Assembly (NCBI GenBank): GCA_964555775.1
Contig: CAZKTW010000002.1
Coordinates: 1-54,785, forward strand
Length of the DNA stretch: 54,785 nucleotides
Direction of reading: 5' to 3'
DNA from: an uncultured Bifidobacteriaceae bacterium
Lineage (GTDB): Bacteria > Verrucomicrobiota > Verrucomicrobiia > Limisphaerales > UBA11358
The notes under the pieces: model-generated
Told to the model about the DNA's origin: nothing
Seen by the model: only the letters and a program-made list of their open reading frames with translations
Databases searched by the model: none
Made by a program: the position numbers and the translations under genes
Shown: in pieces, positions 8,315 through 16,751 of the stretch
Layout: each line of letters begins with the position of its first letter
Position numbering within the stretch: the stretch's first letter is position 1

Positions 8315-9292
8315 CTAGTCTTCCGCCTTGAACGTGCGGGAAATCAGATCGCGCACCGCCTGCTTCGGTTTTTTCCCCTCGTAAAGCAGTTTGTAAACCT
8401 CCTCAATGATCGGGGTGGCCACTTTATTTTGCTTTGCCAGACGGTGCGCGGAACGCGCGGTCGGATGGCCTTCCGCCAGTTTGGGGTGCGAAGCCTGGAT
8501 GTCCTTCATGGTTTCGCCACGGCCAAGCCTCTCGCCCAGGTCGCGATTGCGGCTCTGCTTCGAGAAGCACGTCAGCATGAGGTCGCCCAGGCCGCTCAAG
8601 CCCGCGAACGTCTCCGCCTGGGCGCCGCACGCCACGCCCAGCCGGCGCATCTCGGCCAGCGCCCGCGTGACCAGGCCTGCCTTGGTATTGTCACCATAAC
8701 CCAATCCGTCGCTCACGCCCGCGGCAATGGCAATGATGTTTTTCAACGCGCCGCCGTATTCCACCCCCAGCACATCCGTACTTCGATAGATGCGGAATTC
8801 CGGGCGATGCAAAAGTCCCTGCACGGTGCGCGCCGTGTCGTCGCTCTCGGAGGCGCAGACCACCGTGGTGGGAATACCCAGTGCGACTTCGCGGGCAAAG
8901 CTCGGGCCCGAGAGCGCCACCACGCGTTCCGCCGGAGCCTGTTCGCGCAAAATCCGGCTCATGGTGTCGCCGGTCTCAAACTCGATGCCCTTGGTCACAC
9001 TCACCATGATGGCTGGATGCCCCTTCAATTTGGCCGCCACCGACCGGAAGAATTGCGAAGGAATGGCCAGCACAAGGCCTTCGGCCCCGGCCACCGCTTT
9101 CTTAAAGTCCGCCACCGCCTTCCAGGCTGTCGGCAACTCCACGCCGGGCAGATAACGCTCGCTGCGGCCGTGGCGCAATTCCTCCAGGGTTTCGGCGTCA
9201 ATGTCCCAAAGCGTCACGGCATTGCCATTTTCATGCAACACCTTGGCCAGCGCCGTGCCCCACGCACCGGTGCCCAACACGGTGATTTTCAT
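8315..9292 (-). CDS. gpsA: NAD(P)H-dependent glycerol-3-phosphate dehydrogenase
   Basis: 'MKITVLGTGAWGTALA' Rossmann motif, 'LSGPSFAREV' and 'GLGDLMLTCFS..SRN' are GpsA signatures. It overlaps plsY by 4 nt. Confidence 0.95.
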   Translation of the reverse strand: MKITVLGTGAWGTALAKVLHENGNAVTLWDIDAETLEELRHGRSERYLPGVELPTAWKAVADFKKAVAGAEGLVLAIPSQFFRSVAAKLKGHPAIMVSVTKGIEFETGDTMSRILREQAPAERVVALSGPSFAREVALGIPTTVVCASESDDTARTVQGLLHRPEFRIYRSTDVLGVEYGGALKNIIAIAAGVSDGLGYGDNTKAGLVTRALAEMRRLGVACGAQAETFAGLSGLGDLMLTCFSKQSRNRDLGERLGRGETMKDIQASHPKLAEGHPTARSAHRLAKQNKVATPIIEEVYKLLYEGKKPKQAVRDLISRTFKAED

Positions 9293-9927
9293 TTCGTTGC
9301 CTCCTGGATTGCAGGCTTTTTGCCAATCCGACTTTCGGTTCCAGCCATAAGACGTTTGATGTTTGATTTATGTTTGTAAATTGCCATGGCTCCCAGCGCG
9401 GTGGTCACCAGGCCGAGGAACACGTTGTGGTCCGGCAGGCACCAGACCGCCGCCGCCAAGGCAATCGCCGCAGCGATGGAACCAATGGAAACATAACGCG
9501 TCAAACACAAGGCCAGAATAAAGGCCGCCAACGCGATGCCCACCGCCAGCGGTGCCAGCGCCAGATAAGCTCCCCCGCTGGTGGCGATGCCTTTGCCACC
9601 CTTGAATCTCAGCCAGCAGGTGAAATTGTGGCCGAGCACCACGGCAATGCCCGCAACAATTCGAAGCGTTTCAATATCCGCATCCGGGTTTGATATTTTC
9701 ATCAGCAAGGGGACAATCCACTCAACTGCGGCATAACCCTTGAGCGCGTCCACCAGCAATACGGTGATTCCCGCCGGCTTGCCCAGCACCCGCATGGCAT
9801 TGGTGGCGCCGATATTGCCGCTGCCCACGGTGCGAATATCAATGCCCTTTGCCCGGGCGGCAAGATAACCCGTGGGAATCGAGCCCAGCAAATACGCCGC
9901 CACGACGGTGATGATGTAAGCGAGCAC
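9289..9927 (-). CDS. plsY: Glycerol-3-phosphate acyltransferase PlsY
   Basis: 'LLGSIPTGY', 'GSGNIGATNAMR', 'HNFTCWLRFKGGKG' and a multi-TM profile. GTG start. Confidence 0.95.
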   Translation of the reverse strand: MLAYIITVVAAYLLGSIPTGYLAARAKGIDIRTVGSGNIGATNAMRVLGKPAGITVLLVDALKGYAAVEWIVPLLMKISNPDADIETLRIVAGIAVVLGHNFTCWLRFKGGKGIATSGGAYLALAPLAVGIALAAFILALCLTRYVSIGSIAAAIALAAAVWCLPDHNVFLGLVTTALGAMAIYKHKSNIKRLMAGTESRIGKKPAIQEATK

Positions 9928-9950
9928 GAACTGAGTTTATGGGGCCAGGG

Positions 9951-10001
9951 TCCAAAGTTCAAAGTCCAAAATTGGAGTTGGAGTTGGAGTTCAAGCTTTG
10001 G
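9951..10001 (+). repeat. Adjacent period-7 (tccaaag-type x3) and period-6 (ttggag-type x5) arrays
   Basis: tccaaag ttcaaag tccaaaa, then ttggag ttggag ttggag ttcaag ctttgg. Confidence 0.85.
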
Positions 10002-10089
10002 CTTGTCAGGCCTGCACGCTGAAGCGTGTACTCCAACGCGCTGCTGATTTCAGCTTTTAGAAAAGCACGCTTGCTGGCACACTGCCCGC

Positions 10090-11127
10090 ATGGCATCAAA
10101 GGTCAAAGTCGCCGTCCTCGGCACCGGCTCGCTGGGTCAGAATCATGTCCGCATTTACTCGGAACTCGCCGCCGCCGGCCAGGTGGAATTCACCGGCCTC
10201 TTTGACACCCACCCCGACACCGCCCGTAAAATCGCCACCAGGCACAATGCCCGCATTTTCAATTCCGTCGCCGAGGCCGTCACCGCCAGCGACGCGTTGA
10301 ACATCGTCACCCCCACCACCACGCATTTTGAACTTGCAAAAACATTGCTGGCGGCTGGCAAGCACGTCCTTGTCGAGAAGCCAATGACTGACGACACGGC
10401 CCAGGCCGCCGAACTTGTCCAACTGGCCAGGCGAATGAATTGTGTTTTGCAGGTCGGCCACGTCGAGCGGTTCAATCCCGTGTTCAAATATCTCGAATCA
10501 GTCGCCACCCAGCCGCGGTTCATCGAGTGCCACCGGCTCTCACCCTACCCCGCCCGCTCAACCGACATCGGCGTTGTGCTCGATTTGATGATCCATGACC
10601 TCGACGTCGTGCTCGCGTTCGTTAAATCACCGGTTGCCAGCATGGACGCCGTGGGGATTCCGGTTTTGAGCAAATCCGAGGACATCGCCAACGTGCGGCT
10701 GCGCTTCGCCAACGGCTGTGTCGCCAACCTCACCGCCAGCCGCATCAGCCCCGAACGGATGCGGAAAATACGCGTCTTCAGCGGCCCAACCAATCCCTGT
10801 TACATCTCGCTTCATTACGACGTGCAGGAAGGATTCATCTATCGCGTCGCCCGCGACGACGAACCGGAAAGTTCGTTGCTGAAAAAGGTTCTCGCCACCA
10901 AGCTCGGCCTCGGCAAAGACTCCGCCATCGTCAGCGAATTTGCCGGCAAGAAGATCGTGCGCGAGCCGGTGCCGATTGCGAAGGACGAACCGCTCAAGCT
11001 GGAGCTGCAACATTTCGTGAATTGTGTCCGCGAAAAACAGACGCCCATGGTCAGCGGCGAATCGGCCAAGCTGGCCCTGGACCTGGCCTTTGAAATCACC
11101 CGGCAGATTCAAAATCAAAAAACTTAA
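10090..11127 (+). CDS. Gfo/Idh/MocA-family NAD-dependent oxidoreductase (possibly GnnA-like)
   Basis: N-terminal Rossmann 'KVAVLGTGSLGQNH' and 'EKPMT' motif, followed by a C-terminal alpha/beta domain. Without the two inserted genes it would sit directly upstream of lpxB. Confidence 0.8.
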   Translation: MASKVKVAVLGTGSLGQNHVRIYSELAAAGQVEFTGLFDTHPDTARKIATRHNARIFNSVAEAVTASDALNIVTPTTTHFELAKTLLAAGKHVLVEKPMTDDTAQAAELVQLARRMNCVLQVGHVERFNPVFKYLESVATQPRFIECHRLSPYPARSTDIGVVLDLMIHDLDVVLAFVKSPVASMDAVGIPVLSKSEDIANVRLRFANGCVANLTASRISPERMRKIRVFSGPTNPCYISLHYDVQEGFIYRVARDDEPESSLLKKVLATKLGLGKDSAIVSEFAGKKIVREPVPIAKDEPLKLELQHFVNCVREKQTPMVSGESAKLALDLAFEITRQIQNQKT

Positions 11128-11150
11128 CGCAAAGGCGCGAAGACACAGAG
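11124..11150 (-). repeat. 'ctttgcgttaa'-type repeat (family E), inverted copy
   Basis: ttaacgcaaaggcgcgaagacacagag. It overlaps the oxidoreductase stop codon. Confidence 0.6.
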
Positions 11151-11153
11151 AAA

Positions 11154-11603
11154 ATGGACGCGTCAGATTACAAAGAGAAGTTGAGACAAGCTCGCGAAAG
11201 AAAGGGTTGGTCAATTCATGAGGCTGCAACACAAGTTGCAGAAAATTCCATTACGAGCAGAGCGAATTATTACGACATTGAACAATGTGAAGGCGATCTG
11301 ACGAGTTGCTGCTCTTTGAATGAGATTTCACGGATTAGCAAGTTGCTGAATGTTCATCCCCGCGATTTGTTTTGTGATGAAAAACCCGCTGTAATTTCCA
11401 TTTCGGATGTGGTTAAGAACATTCAAAAGCACGGTGTCGAAAAGAAGATTCCCATCAATGAATTTGAGGACATTGTTGGCTGGCGAGTCGAAGATTGTCT
11501 GACAAATCCCGCCAAAGTACTGAATGAATGGAATATTGATTGTTTGCTGGATGTCAGCCGTGAATTGAACATTGACTGGCGATGTGTAATTGCAGGCTTA
11601 TGA
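11154..11603 (+). CDS. XRE-like helix-turn-helix protein with an unassigned C-terminal half
   Basis: 'LRQARERKGWSIHEAATQV...SRISKLLNV' looks like an HTH_3-type motif. G+C is clearly lower (hand count 26/60 for nt 11281-11340). Inverted repeats flank the gene. Confidence 0.55.
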   Translation: MDASDYKEKLRQARERKGWSIHEAATQVAENSITSRANYYDIEQCEGDLTSCCSLNEISRISKLLNVHPRDLFCDEKPAVISISDVVKNIQKHGVEKKIPINEFEDIVGWRVEDCLTNPAKVLNEWNIDCLLDVSRELNIDWRCVIAGL

Positions 11604-11606
11604 ATT

Positions 11607-11640
11607 CCTCTGCGCCCTCTGCGTCTCTGCGTTAAAAAAA
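11607..11640 (+). repeat. Family E repeat
   Basis: cctctgcgccctctgcgtctctgcgttaaaaaaa, directly after the HTH ORF stop. Confidence 0.6.
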
Positions 11641-11696
11641 CTGTGACCCCAAAACCCTTCATACGCATCGCCGGTGAGACGAGCGGTGATTGCTCT

Positions 11697-11721
11697 GTAG
11701 GAGACGAGGTAACGAGTCTCT
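11697..11721 (+). repeat. REP family A copy (gtaggagacgaggtaacgagtctct), 5' of the RayT-like gene
   Basis: Matches the reverse complement of 12349-12373 at 22 of 25 positions (hand alignment). Confidence 0.8.
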
Positions 11722-11733
11722 AATTTCTCCGCC

Positions 11734-12381
11734 ATGAATTTTCAACGCCCCGTCAAACCGCCCCGCGACCAGCTCAACCGTGCCTTTTATTTGCCGCGCC
11801 CGCCGCGCAAGCATTATCAAGCCGACGCCGTGGTTTTTTGGACGCTTACCATTTTTGACAAAGCCCGGGGCTGGTTGACACCGGCTTTTCACCACTGCTT
11901 CCGGGAATTGATGTTCCACAGTGCGGCCCGTGAAGGGTTGCTTTGTCCAATCTACTGCCTCATGCCGGATCATCTGCATCTGATCTGGATGGGCTTGCGG
12001 CCAGACTCAGACCAATTTACCGGCATGGCGTTTCTGCGAACGTATCTTGAACCGGAACTCAAACCTGACAAATTCCAACCACAGGCACAGGACGAGGTGT
12101 TGCGTGAGGAACAAAGGAAACGGGACGCTTTTGCCAAAGTCTGCTTTTACATTGCCGCCAATCCAGTGCGGGCGGGTCTGACAGGCGAGAAAGAACTCTG
12201 GCCATTCACGGGCTGCGTGGTTCCCGGTTATCCAAGATTGAATCCGATGGAGGAGGATTTTTGGCCGACTTTCTGGCGAATCTATGGCAAACTGCGACAC
12301 ACAGATGCAGGAAACACAAAACGTCAGGCCATTGTTCCAAATGAAATCAGAGACTCCTCACGTCGTCTCCTACAGAACTAA
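11734..12381 (+). CDS. REP-associated tyrosine transposase-like protein (RayT / IS200-like HUH Y1 family)
   Basis: HUH motif 'MPDHLHLIW' and Tyr motif 'CFYIAANPVRAGL'. Inverted REP copies flank it at 11697-11721 and 12349-12373. Confidence 0.7.
   Translation: MNFQRPVKPPRDQLNRAFYLPRPPRKHYQADAVVFWTLTIFDKARGWLTPAFHHCFRELMFHSAAREGLLCPIYCLMPDHLHLIWMGLRPDSDQFTGMAFLRTYLEPELKPDKFQPQAQDEVLREEQRKRDAFAKVCFYIAANPVRAGLTGEKELWPFTGCVVPGYPRLNPMEEDFWPTFWRIYGKLRHTDAGNTKRQAIVPNEIRDSSRRLLQN
12349..12373 (-). repeat. REP family A copy, inverted, at the 3' end of the RayT-like gene
   Basis: agagactcctcacgtcgtctcctac. It encodes the last residues (..DSSRRLLQ) of ORF 11734..12381. Confidence 0.8.
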
Positions 12382-12384
12382 GGA

Positions 12385-13539
12385 ATGACTCCAAAAACCT
12401 TCATGCTCATTGCCGGTGAGGCAAGCGGCGATTTGCTCGCGGCGGAACTGGTGGTCGCCCTGCGCAGCCAGATGCCGGATGCGAAGTTCATCGGCGCCGG
12501 TGGACCAAAAATGAAGGCCGCCGGAACCCGCCTGGCGTTTGATCTGACCCAGCACTCGGTCATCGGAATTTCCGACGTGCTGAAGAATCTTTCCAAATAT
12601 CGCCGGCTGTTCAACCAATTGCTGGCACTGGCAATTGAACAAAAGCCGGATGCCGTCATCGGCGTTGACTATGGCGGATTCAACCTGCGTTTCGGCCATG
12701 CGATCAAGCGTTATGCGCGTAAACATCGATCGGCATCCACGCCGTGGAACCCAAAAATCATCCAGTTCGTTTCACCGCAGGTCTGGGCTTCGCGCCCGGG
12801 CCGGGCCAAACGGCTGGCCCGCGATTACGATCTGCTCCTGAGCATTTTCCCGTTTGAGAAGGACTGGTACGCCAAGCGCGTGCCCCAATTGCGCGTCGAA
12901 TTCGTCGGACATCCGATGGTGGAACGTTTTGGTTCGGAAGAGCGGGTGCCACCAGCCCCCATTCCCCAAAAAAGAATTCTCCTGCTGCCGGGCAGTCGGG
13001 AAACCGAACTGCGACGCCATTTGCCGGTGATGCTCGACGTGATCAGATTGGTCCGGGAAAAACTGCCGGAGTTACAGGTTAAAATGGTTTTGCCCAATAA
13101 CGGCTTGAAACAACTTGCCGACCAGCTGGGCGCGCCTCAGTCCCGGGTGGAAATCCAGACGGGCAACCTGCCACAGGCACTCACGCAGGCGGACGTGGCC
13201 ATCGCGTCCACGGGCACGGTGACAATGGAATGCGCGTTCTTCGGCGTGCCAACCGTGACGCTCTACAAAACATCGTGGCTCACCTACCAGATCGCCAAAC
13301 GCATCGTCACGGTGAAGTCACTGACGATGCCGAACCTCCTGGCGAACGAGGAGATCTTCCCCGAATTCGTCCAGGGCGCCGCCACGCCCGGGAACATCGC
13401 CGGAGCGGCGTTGGACCTGCTGCAAAACGAACCGCGCCGTGCCCAAATCAAAATATGGCTCAAGGCGATTGTCTCGACCCTGGGCGAAACCGGCGCCAGC
13501 GAGCGCGCGGCAACGGCCATTTTGAGCTTGTTCCCATGA
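12385..13539 (+). CDS. lpxB: Lipid-A-disaccharide synthase
   Basis: 'FMLIAGEASGDLLAAEL', 'GAGGPKM', 'DYGGFNLR', 'QFVSPQVWASRPGR', 'LLPGSRETE' and 'ASTGTVTMECAFFGVP'. Confidence 0.95.
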   Translation: MTPKTFMLIAGEASGDLLAAELVVALRSQMPDAKFIGAGGPKMKAAGTRLAFDLTQHSVIGISDVLKNLSKYRRLFNQLLALAIEQKPDAVIGVDYGGFNLRFGHAIKRYARKHRSASTPWNPKIIQFVSPQVWASRPGRAKRLARDYDLLLSIFPFEKDWYAKRVPQLRVEFVGHPMVERFGSEERVPPAPIPQKRILLLPGSRETELRRHLPVMLDVIRLVREKLPELQVKMVLPNNGLKQLADQLGAPQSRVEIQTGNLPQALTQADVAIASTGTVTMECAFFGVPTVTLYKTSWLTYQIAKRIVTVKSLTMPNLLANEEIFPEFVQGAATPGNIAGAALDLLQNEPRRAQIKIWLKAIVSTLGETGASERAATAILSLFP

Positions 13540-13618
13540 CTTTATCGCCCTCGTTCTCCTCCGCGTCCGCGATTTCTTGCTCTCGATTGCGAGGACGAGA
13601 AGCGAGGAGGCTTTTGCC

Positions 13619-13873
13619 ATGAAAGATCTGACCAGCCCAACCTCGATAAAAATAAAGGGCCTGTTATTTTTTGTGCTGGGAATTGCGGCCTCAGTTCTCT
13701 TGATCCTCGATAATCCGTCCTGGAAAACCATCCTGCTGCTCCTGCTGGCCATCTGGAGTTTTTGCCGGTTCTATTATTTTGCTTTCTACGTTATCCAGCA
13801 CTATGTGAACCCGAACTACCGGTTTTCCGGGTTGATTTCCTGTTTGCGTTATCTCCTCCGGCGGCGACTTTGA
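13619..13873 (+). CDS. Small hypothetical membrane protein (2 predicted TM helices)
   Basis: ORF with two hydrophobic stretches ('GLLFFVLGIAASVLLIL', 'ILLLLLAIWSFCRFYYFAFYVI'). I recognise no family. Confidence 0.45.
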   Translation: MKDLTSPTSIKIKGLLFFVLGIAASVLLILDNPSWKTILLLLLAIWSFCRFYYFAFYVIQHYVNPNYRFSGLISCLRYLLRRRL

Positions 13874-13904
13874 CTTTCGCTGACGCAACGATTACCCTCC
13901 TGCC

Positions 13905-14390
13905 ATGGAATCGCTGCACGCGCCGTGGCGCATCGAATACATCCTGGCGCCGAAACCACAACTCGACGACAGCCTGTTCACGCGCATCGCCCAATCCAAT
14001 GATGACGTGGCGAACCGTGTCATCGTGCGCGACCGCACCTGTTTTGCCCTGCTCAATACCTATCCCTACAACGGTGGACACCTGCTGATCGTGCCTTACA
14101 AGGAGGTCCCCGACCTGAACGGCCTGACCGAGGAGGAACTGGCGGATTTATGGAAGCTCACCCGCCGCTGCATCAATGCGCTGACGCAGGTGATGAAGCC
14201 CGATGGTTTCAACGTGGGCATCAACCTCGGCAAGGTTGCCGGCGCCGGCATTGCCGGGCATTTACACATCCACGTAGTCCCGCGCTGGAACGGCGACACG
14301 AATTTCATGCCGGTGCTGGCCAACACCAGTGTTGTGCCGCAGGCGTTGGACGAGGTTGCCGCCAAATTGCGGGCGGTACTGGTGCAATGA
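13905..14390 (+). CDS. HIT (histidine triad) family nucleotide hydrolase/transferase
   Basis: Histidine triad 'GHLHIHVVPRW', plus 'FALLNTYPYNGGHLLIVP'. Confidence 0.9.
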   Translation: MESLHAPWRIEYILAPKPQLDDSLFTRIAQSNDDVANRVIVRDRTCFALLNTYPYNGGHLLIVPYKEVPDLNGLTEEELADLWKLTRRCINALTQVMKPDGFNVGINLGKVAGAGIAGHLHIHVVPRWNGDTNFMPVLANTSVVPQALDEVAAKLRAVLVQ

Positions 14391-14491
14391 AGCTTTCCGC
14401 TCCTGAAAATGCCCACTGAAATCCTGTATTTTGAATATGTGCCCGGTTTTATCCCGCTTGCAAACAAACTGGAACCGTTTAATTTTTGATC

Positions 14492-14698
14492 ATGACAACG
14501 ACCGTTGACGCGATTTACGAACACGGCAAATTGATTCTACCGGAGCCGTTGTCTTTACCCGAGAAAACCCGTGTCCGCGTTACCATCGAATCCGGCGACA
14601 CCGAACGCGAAAACTGGCTCAAACTTTCCGAGACGGCTCTGCTGAAAACGTGGAGTAATGACGCCGCCGACGTCTTCAATGAACTGCTCAAGAAATGA
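14492..14698 (+). CDS. DUF104/AF2212-like putative antitoxin (no adjacent cognate toxin seen)
   Basis: 'VDAIYEHGKLILPEPLSLPEKTRVRVTIE' matches my recollection of the DUF104 antitoxin-family consensus. Confidence 0.6.
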   Translation: MTTTVDAIYEHGKLILPEPLSLPEKTRVRVTIESGDTERENWLKLSETALLKTWSNDAADVFNELLKK

Positions 14699-14767
14699 CG
14701 TGCTTCTCCCGCGGATTCCGTTCACAAGCTTGCCAAAATTGAAATTTGCCGGATAATCAGGTAAACC

Positions 14768-14971
14768 ATGAGCGCAACCGAAATCATCGAGCAAATCAAA
14801 GCGTTGCCTCCGAACGAACGGGCGCAAGTGACGAAATATGTCGTGGAGCACGACGATTCGTGGATCCCAGAATCGTTCAAGAAAGGCATGGTCGACGTCG
14901 CAGCCGGGCGATTTGCCGACATCGAAACGGTTTTAAACGACGCGCCACCGCCGTCACGCCGGCGGAAATGA
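14768..14971 (+). CDS. Putative addiction-module antitoxin component
   Basis: 'MSATEIIEQIKALPPNERAQV' resembles the N-terminus of the 'putative addiction module component' family. Its stop overlaps the next start (ATGA at 14968-14971). Confidence 0.55.
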   Translation: MSATEIIEQIKALPPNERAQVTKYVVEHDDSWIPESFKKGMVDVAAGRFADIETVLNDAPPPSRRRK

Positions 14972-15243
14972 AATATCGCTTCAAACCAACCGACAATTTT
15001 TGGGAAAGCTTTTACGATTTAAGTCCCGGGCAAAAGGATTCCACACGTCGGGTCTGGAAAATATTCAAAGAGAACCCGTTCGATCCGCGCTTGCGAACGC
15101 ATAAAATCCATCGACTTTCCGCGCGATACGGACGCACCATTTACGCCGTGGACATCGAAAACAACCTGCGCGCGGTTTTTCTTATTGAGGGTGATTGTAT
15201 CATAACGGTGGATATCGGCACGCACGACATTTACAAAGGTTGA
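14968..15243 (+). CDS. RelE/ParE-superfamily toxin-like protein
   Basis: 91 aa and basic. 'HKIHRLSARYGRTIYAVDIENNLRAVFLIEGDCIITVDIGTHDIY' has the RelE/ParE-like C-terminal pattern. It is translationally coupled to 14768..14971. Confidence 0.55.
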   Translation: MKYRFKPTDNFWESFYDLSPGQKDSTRRVWKIFKENPFDPRLRTHKIHRLSARYGRTIYAVDIENNLRAVFLIEGDCIITVDIGTHDIYKG

Positions 15244-15245
15244 TT

Positions 15246-16235
15246 GTGCCCACGGAAACCCTTCATTTCGAAAACGCGCGCGCCGCCCAGCAGCTTTTCA
15301 ACCATGAACCGCGCAACCTGCAGCAACTCGAGGAACAACTCGGCGTCAAAGCCACCGCGCGCGATGGCTGGATAAAACTGGAAGGCGCCGCCGACGCCGT
15401 TGAGCGCGCCAAGCAGCTTTTTGTATCGCTCGAAAGCCTGTTGAAAGCAGGTTCGCCGGTGCGGAACCGCGAGTTTACCCATGCGCTGAACGTCGTGAAA
15501 CACGAAGGGGTTTCGACACTCAAGGATTTGATGAACGACCGGGTCACGACGCACGAACGCAAGCCCGGCGTCACCGCCAAGACGGTCGGCCAGAAAAAAT
15601 ATGTTGATGCCATCCGCAAGCACGACATCACGTTTGGCGTCGGTCCGGCCGGCACGGGCAAAACCTATCTGGCCGTGGCACTGGGGCTGGCGGCGTTGCG
15701 CGAAGGGAAGGTTTCACGAATCATCCTGACGCGGCCTGCCGTCGAAGCCGGCGAGGCGCTCGGCTTTTTGCCCGGCGACCTTTACGAAAAGATCACGCCT
15801 TATCTGCGGCCGTTGCATGACGCGTTGCACGACATGCTGCCCGTCGAGGAAATCCAGAAGCACACCGAGCGCGGCACCATCGAAATCGCCCCGCTGGCCT
15901 ACATGCGCGGACGCACGCTGAACAACGCCTTTATCATTCTCGACGAGGCGCAAAACTCGACCACCGAGCAGATGCTGATGTTTCTCACCCGCCTGGGCCA
16001 TGGCTCGAAGGCCGTCATCACCGGCGACGAAACCCAGATTGACCTGCCGCCGCACAAGAGTTCCGGTTTGCTCGAAGCGCATCACGCCTTGAAAAACACC
16101 GAGGGAATCGCCATCGTCGAATTTGGCAAACGCGACGTTGTCCGCCACCCGCTCGTCCAGCGCATCATCACCGCCTACGAAGAGCATCGCGGCAAAAAGC
16201 CCGGCGCGCCCGGCCCGGCCCGGCCGTCAGCGTAA
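15246..16235 (+). CDS. ybeZ: PhoH-like ATPase (YbeZ)
   Basis: 'ITFGVGPAGTGKTYLAV', 'LTRPAVEAGE.LGFLPGDL', 'APLAYMRGRTLN.AFIILDEAQN' and 'VVRHPLV' are collinear with E. coli YbeZ. GTG start lies 2 nt after the toxin stop. Confidence 0.9.
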   Translation: MPTETLHFENARAAQQLFNHEPRNLQQLEEQLGVKATARDGWIKLEGAADAVERAKQLFVSLESLLKAGSPVRNREFTHALNVVKHEGVSTLKDLMNDRVTTHERKPGVTAKTVGQKKYVDAIRKHDITFGVGPAGTGKTYLAVALGLAALREGKVSRIILTRPAVEAGEALGFLPGDLYEKITPYLRPLHDALHDMLPVEEIQKHTERGTIEIAPLAYMRGRTLNNAFIILDEAQNSTTEQMLMFLTRLGHGSKAVITGDETQIDLPPHKSSGLLEAHHALKNTEGIAIVEFGKRDVVRHPLVQRIITAYEEHRGKKPGAPGPARPSA

Positions 16236-16265
16236 CGGGCGCCGTGGAACTCCGTCCCCGAAACG

Positions 16266-16751
16266 ATGAACGTGGTCATCACCAACCGTCAGCGCGCAAA
16301 AAAAATCAACCTGCGGCTGCTGAAAAAAATTTCCGGCGCCTTGCTGGCGGAACTGGGCGTTGAACAGGCCGAAATTGGAATCTGCCTGGTTGCCGCGCCG
16401 GAGATGACGCGGCTGAATGAAACTTTCCTTCGGCATGCCGGCTCGACGGACGTGATCACGTTTGATTATGCAGCCCCCAAAACCCGGACGCGAAACCCCC
16501 ATCCCGAAATTCATGGCGAAATTTTTGTCTGCGTGGATGAGGCGGTTCTGCAGGCGCGCAAATTCGGCACGAACTGGCAGTCGGAAATCGTCCGTTACCT
16601 TGTCCATGGAACCTTGCATTTGCTGGGGTTTGATGATGCGAGCGCCGGCGCCCGCCGCAAAATGAAACCGGAGGAGGAACGCCGGCTGGCCGGGCTTTCC
16701 CGCCGGTTTTCACTCGCACAACTTTCCCGTCCGGCTAGAATTTCCGCATGA
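16266..16751 (+). CDS. ybeY: rRNA maturation endoribonuclease YbeY
   Basis: Metal motif 'HGTLHLLGFDD', size, and position after phoH. Confidence 0.9.
   Translation: MNVVITNRQRAKKINLRLLKKISGALLAELGVEQAEIGICLVAAPEMTRLNETFLRHAGSTDVITFDYAAPKTRTRNPHPEIHGEIFVCVDEAVLQARKFGTNWQSEIVRYLVHGTLHLLGFDDASAGARRKMKPEEERRLAGLSRRFSLAQLSRPARISA

Noticed and set aside
8309-9379. 356-aa ORF on the plus strand
   Set aside because: It is antisense to gpsA/plsY, whose identities are certain. No motifs are seen, and the composition is that of a GC-rich shadow frame.
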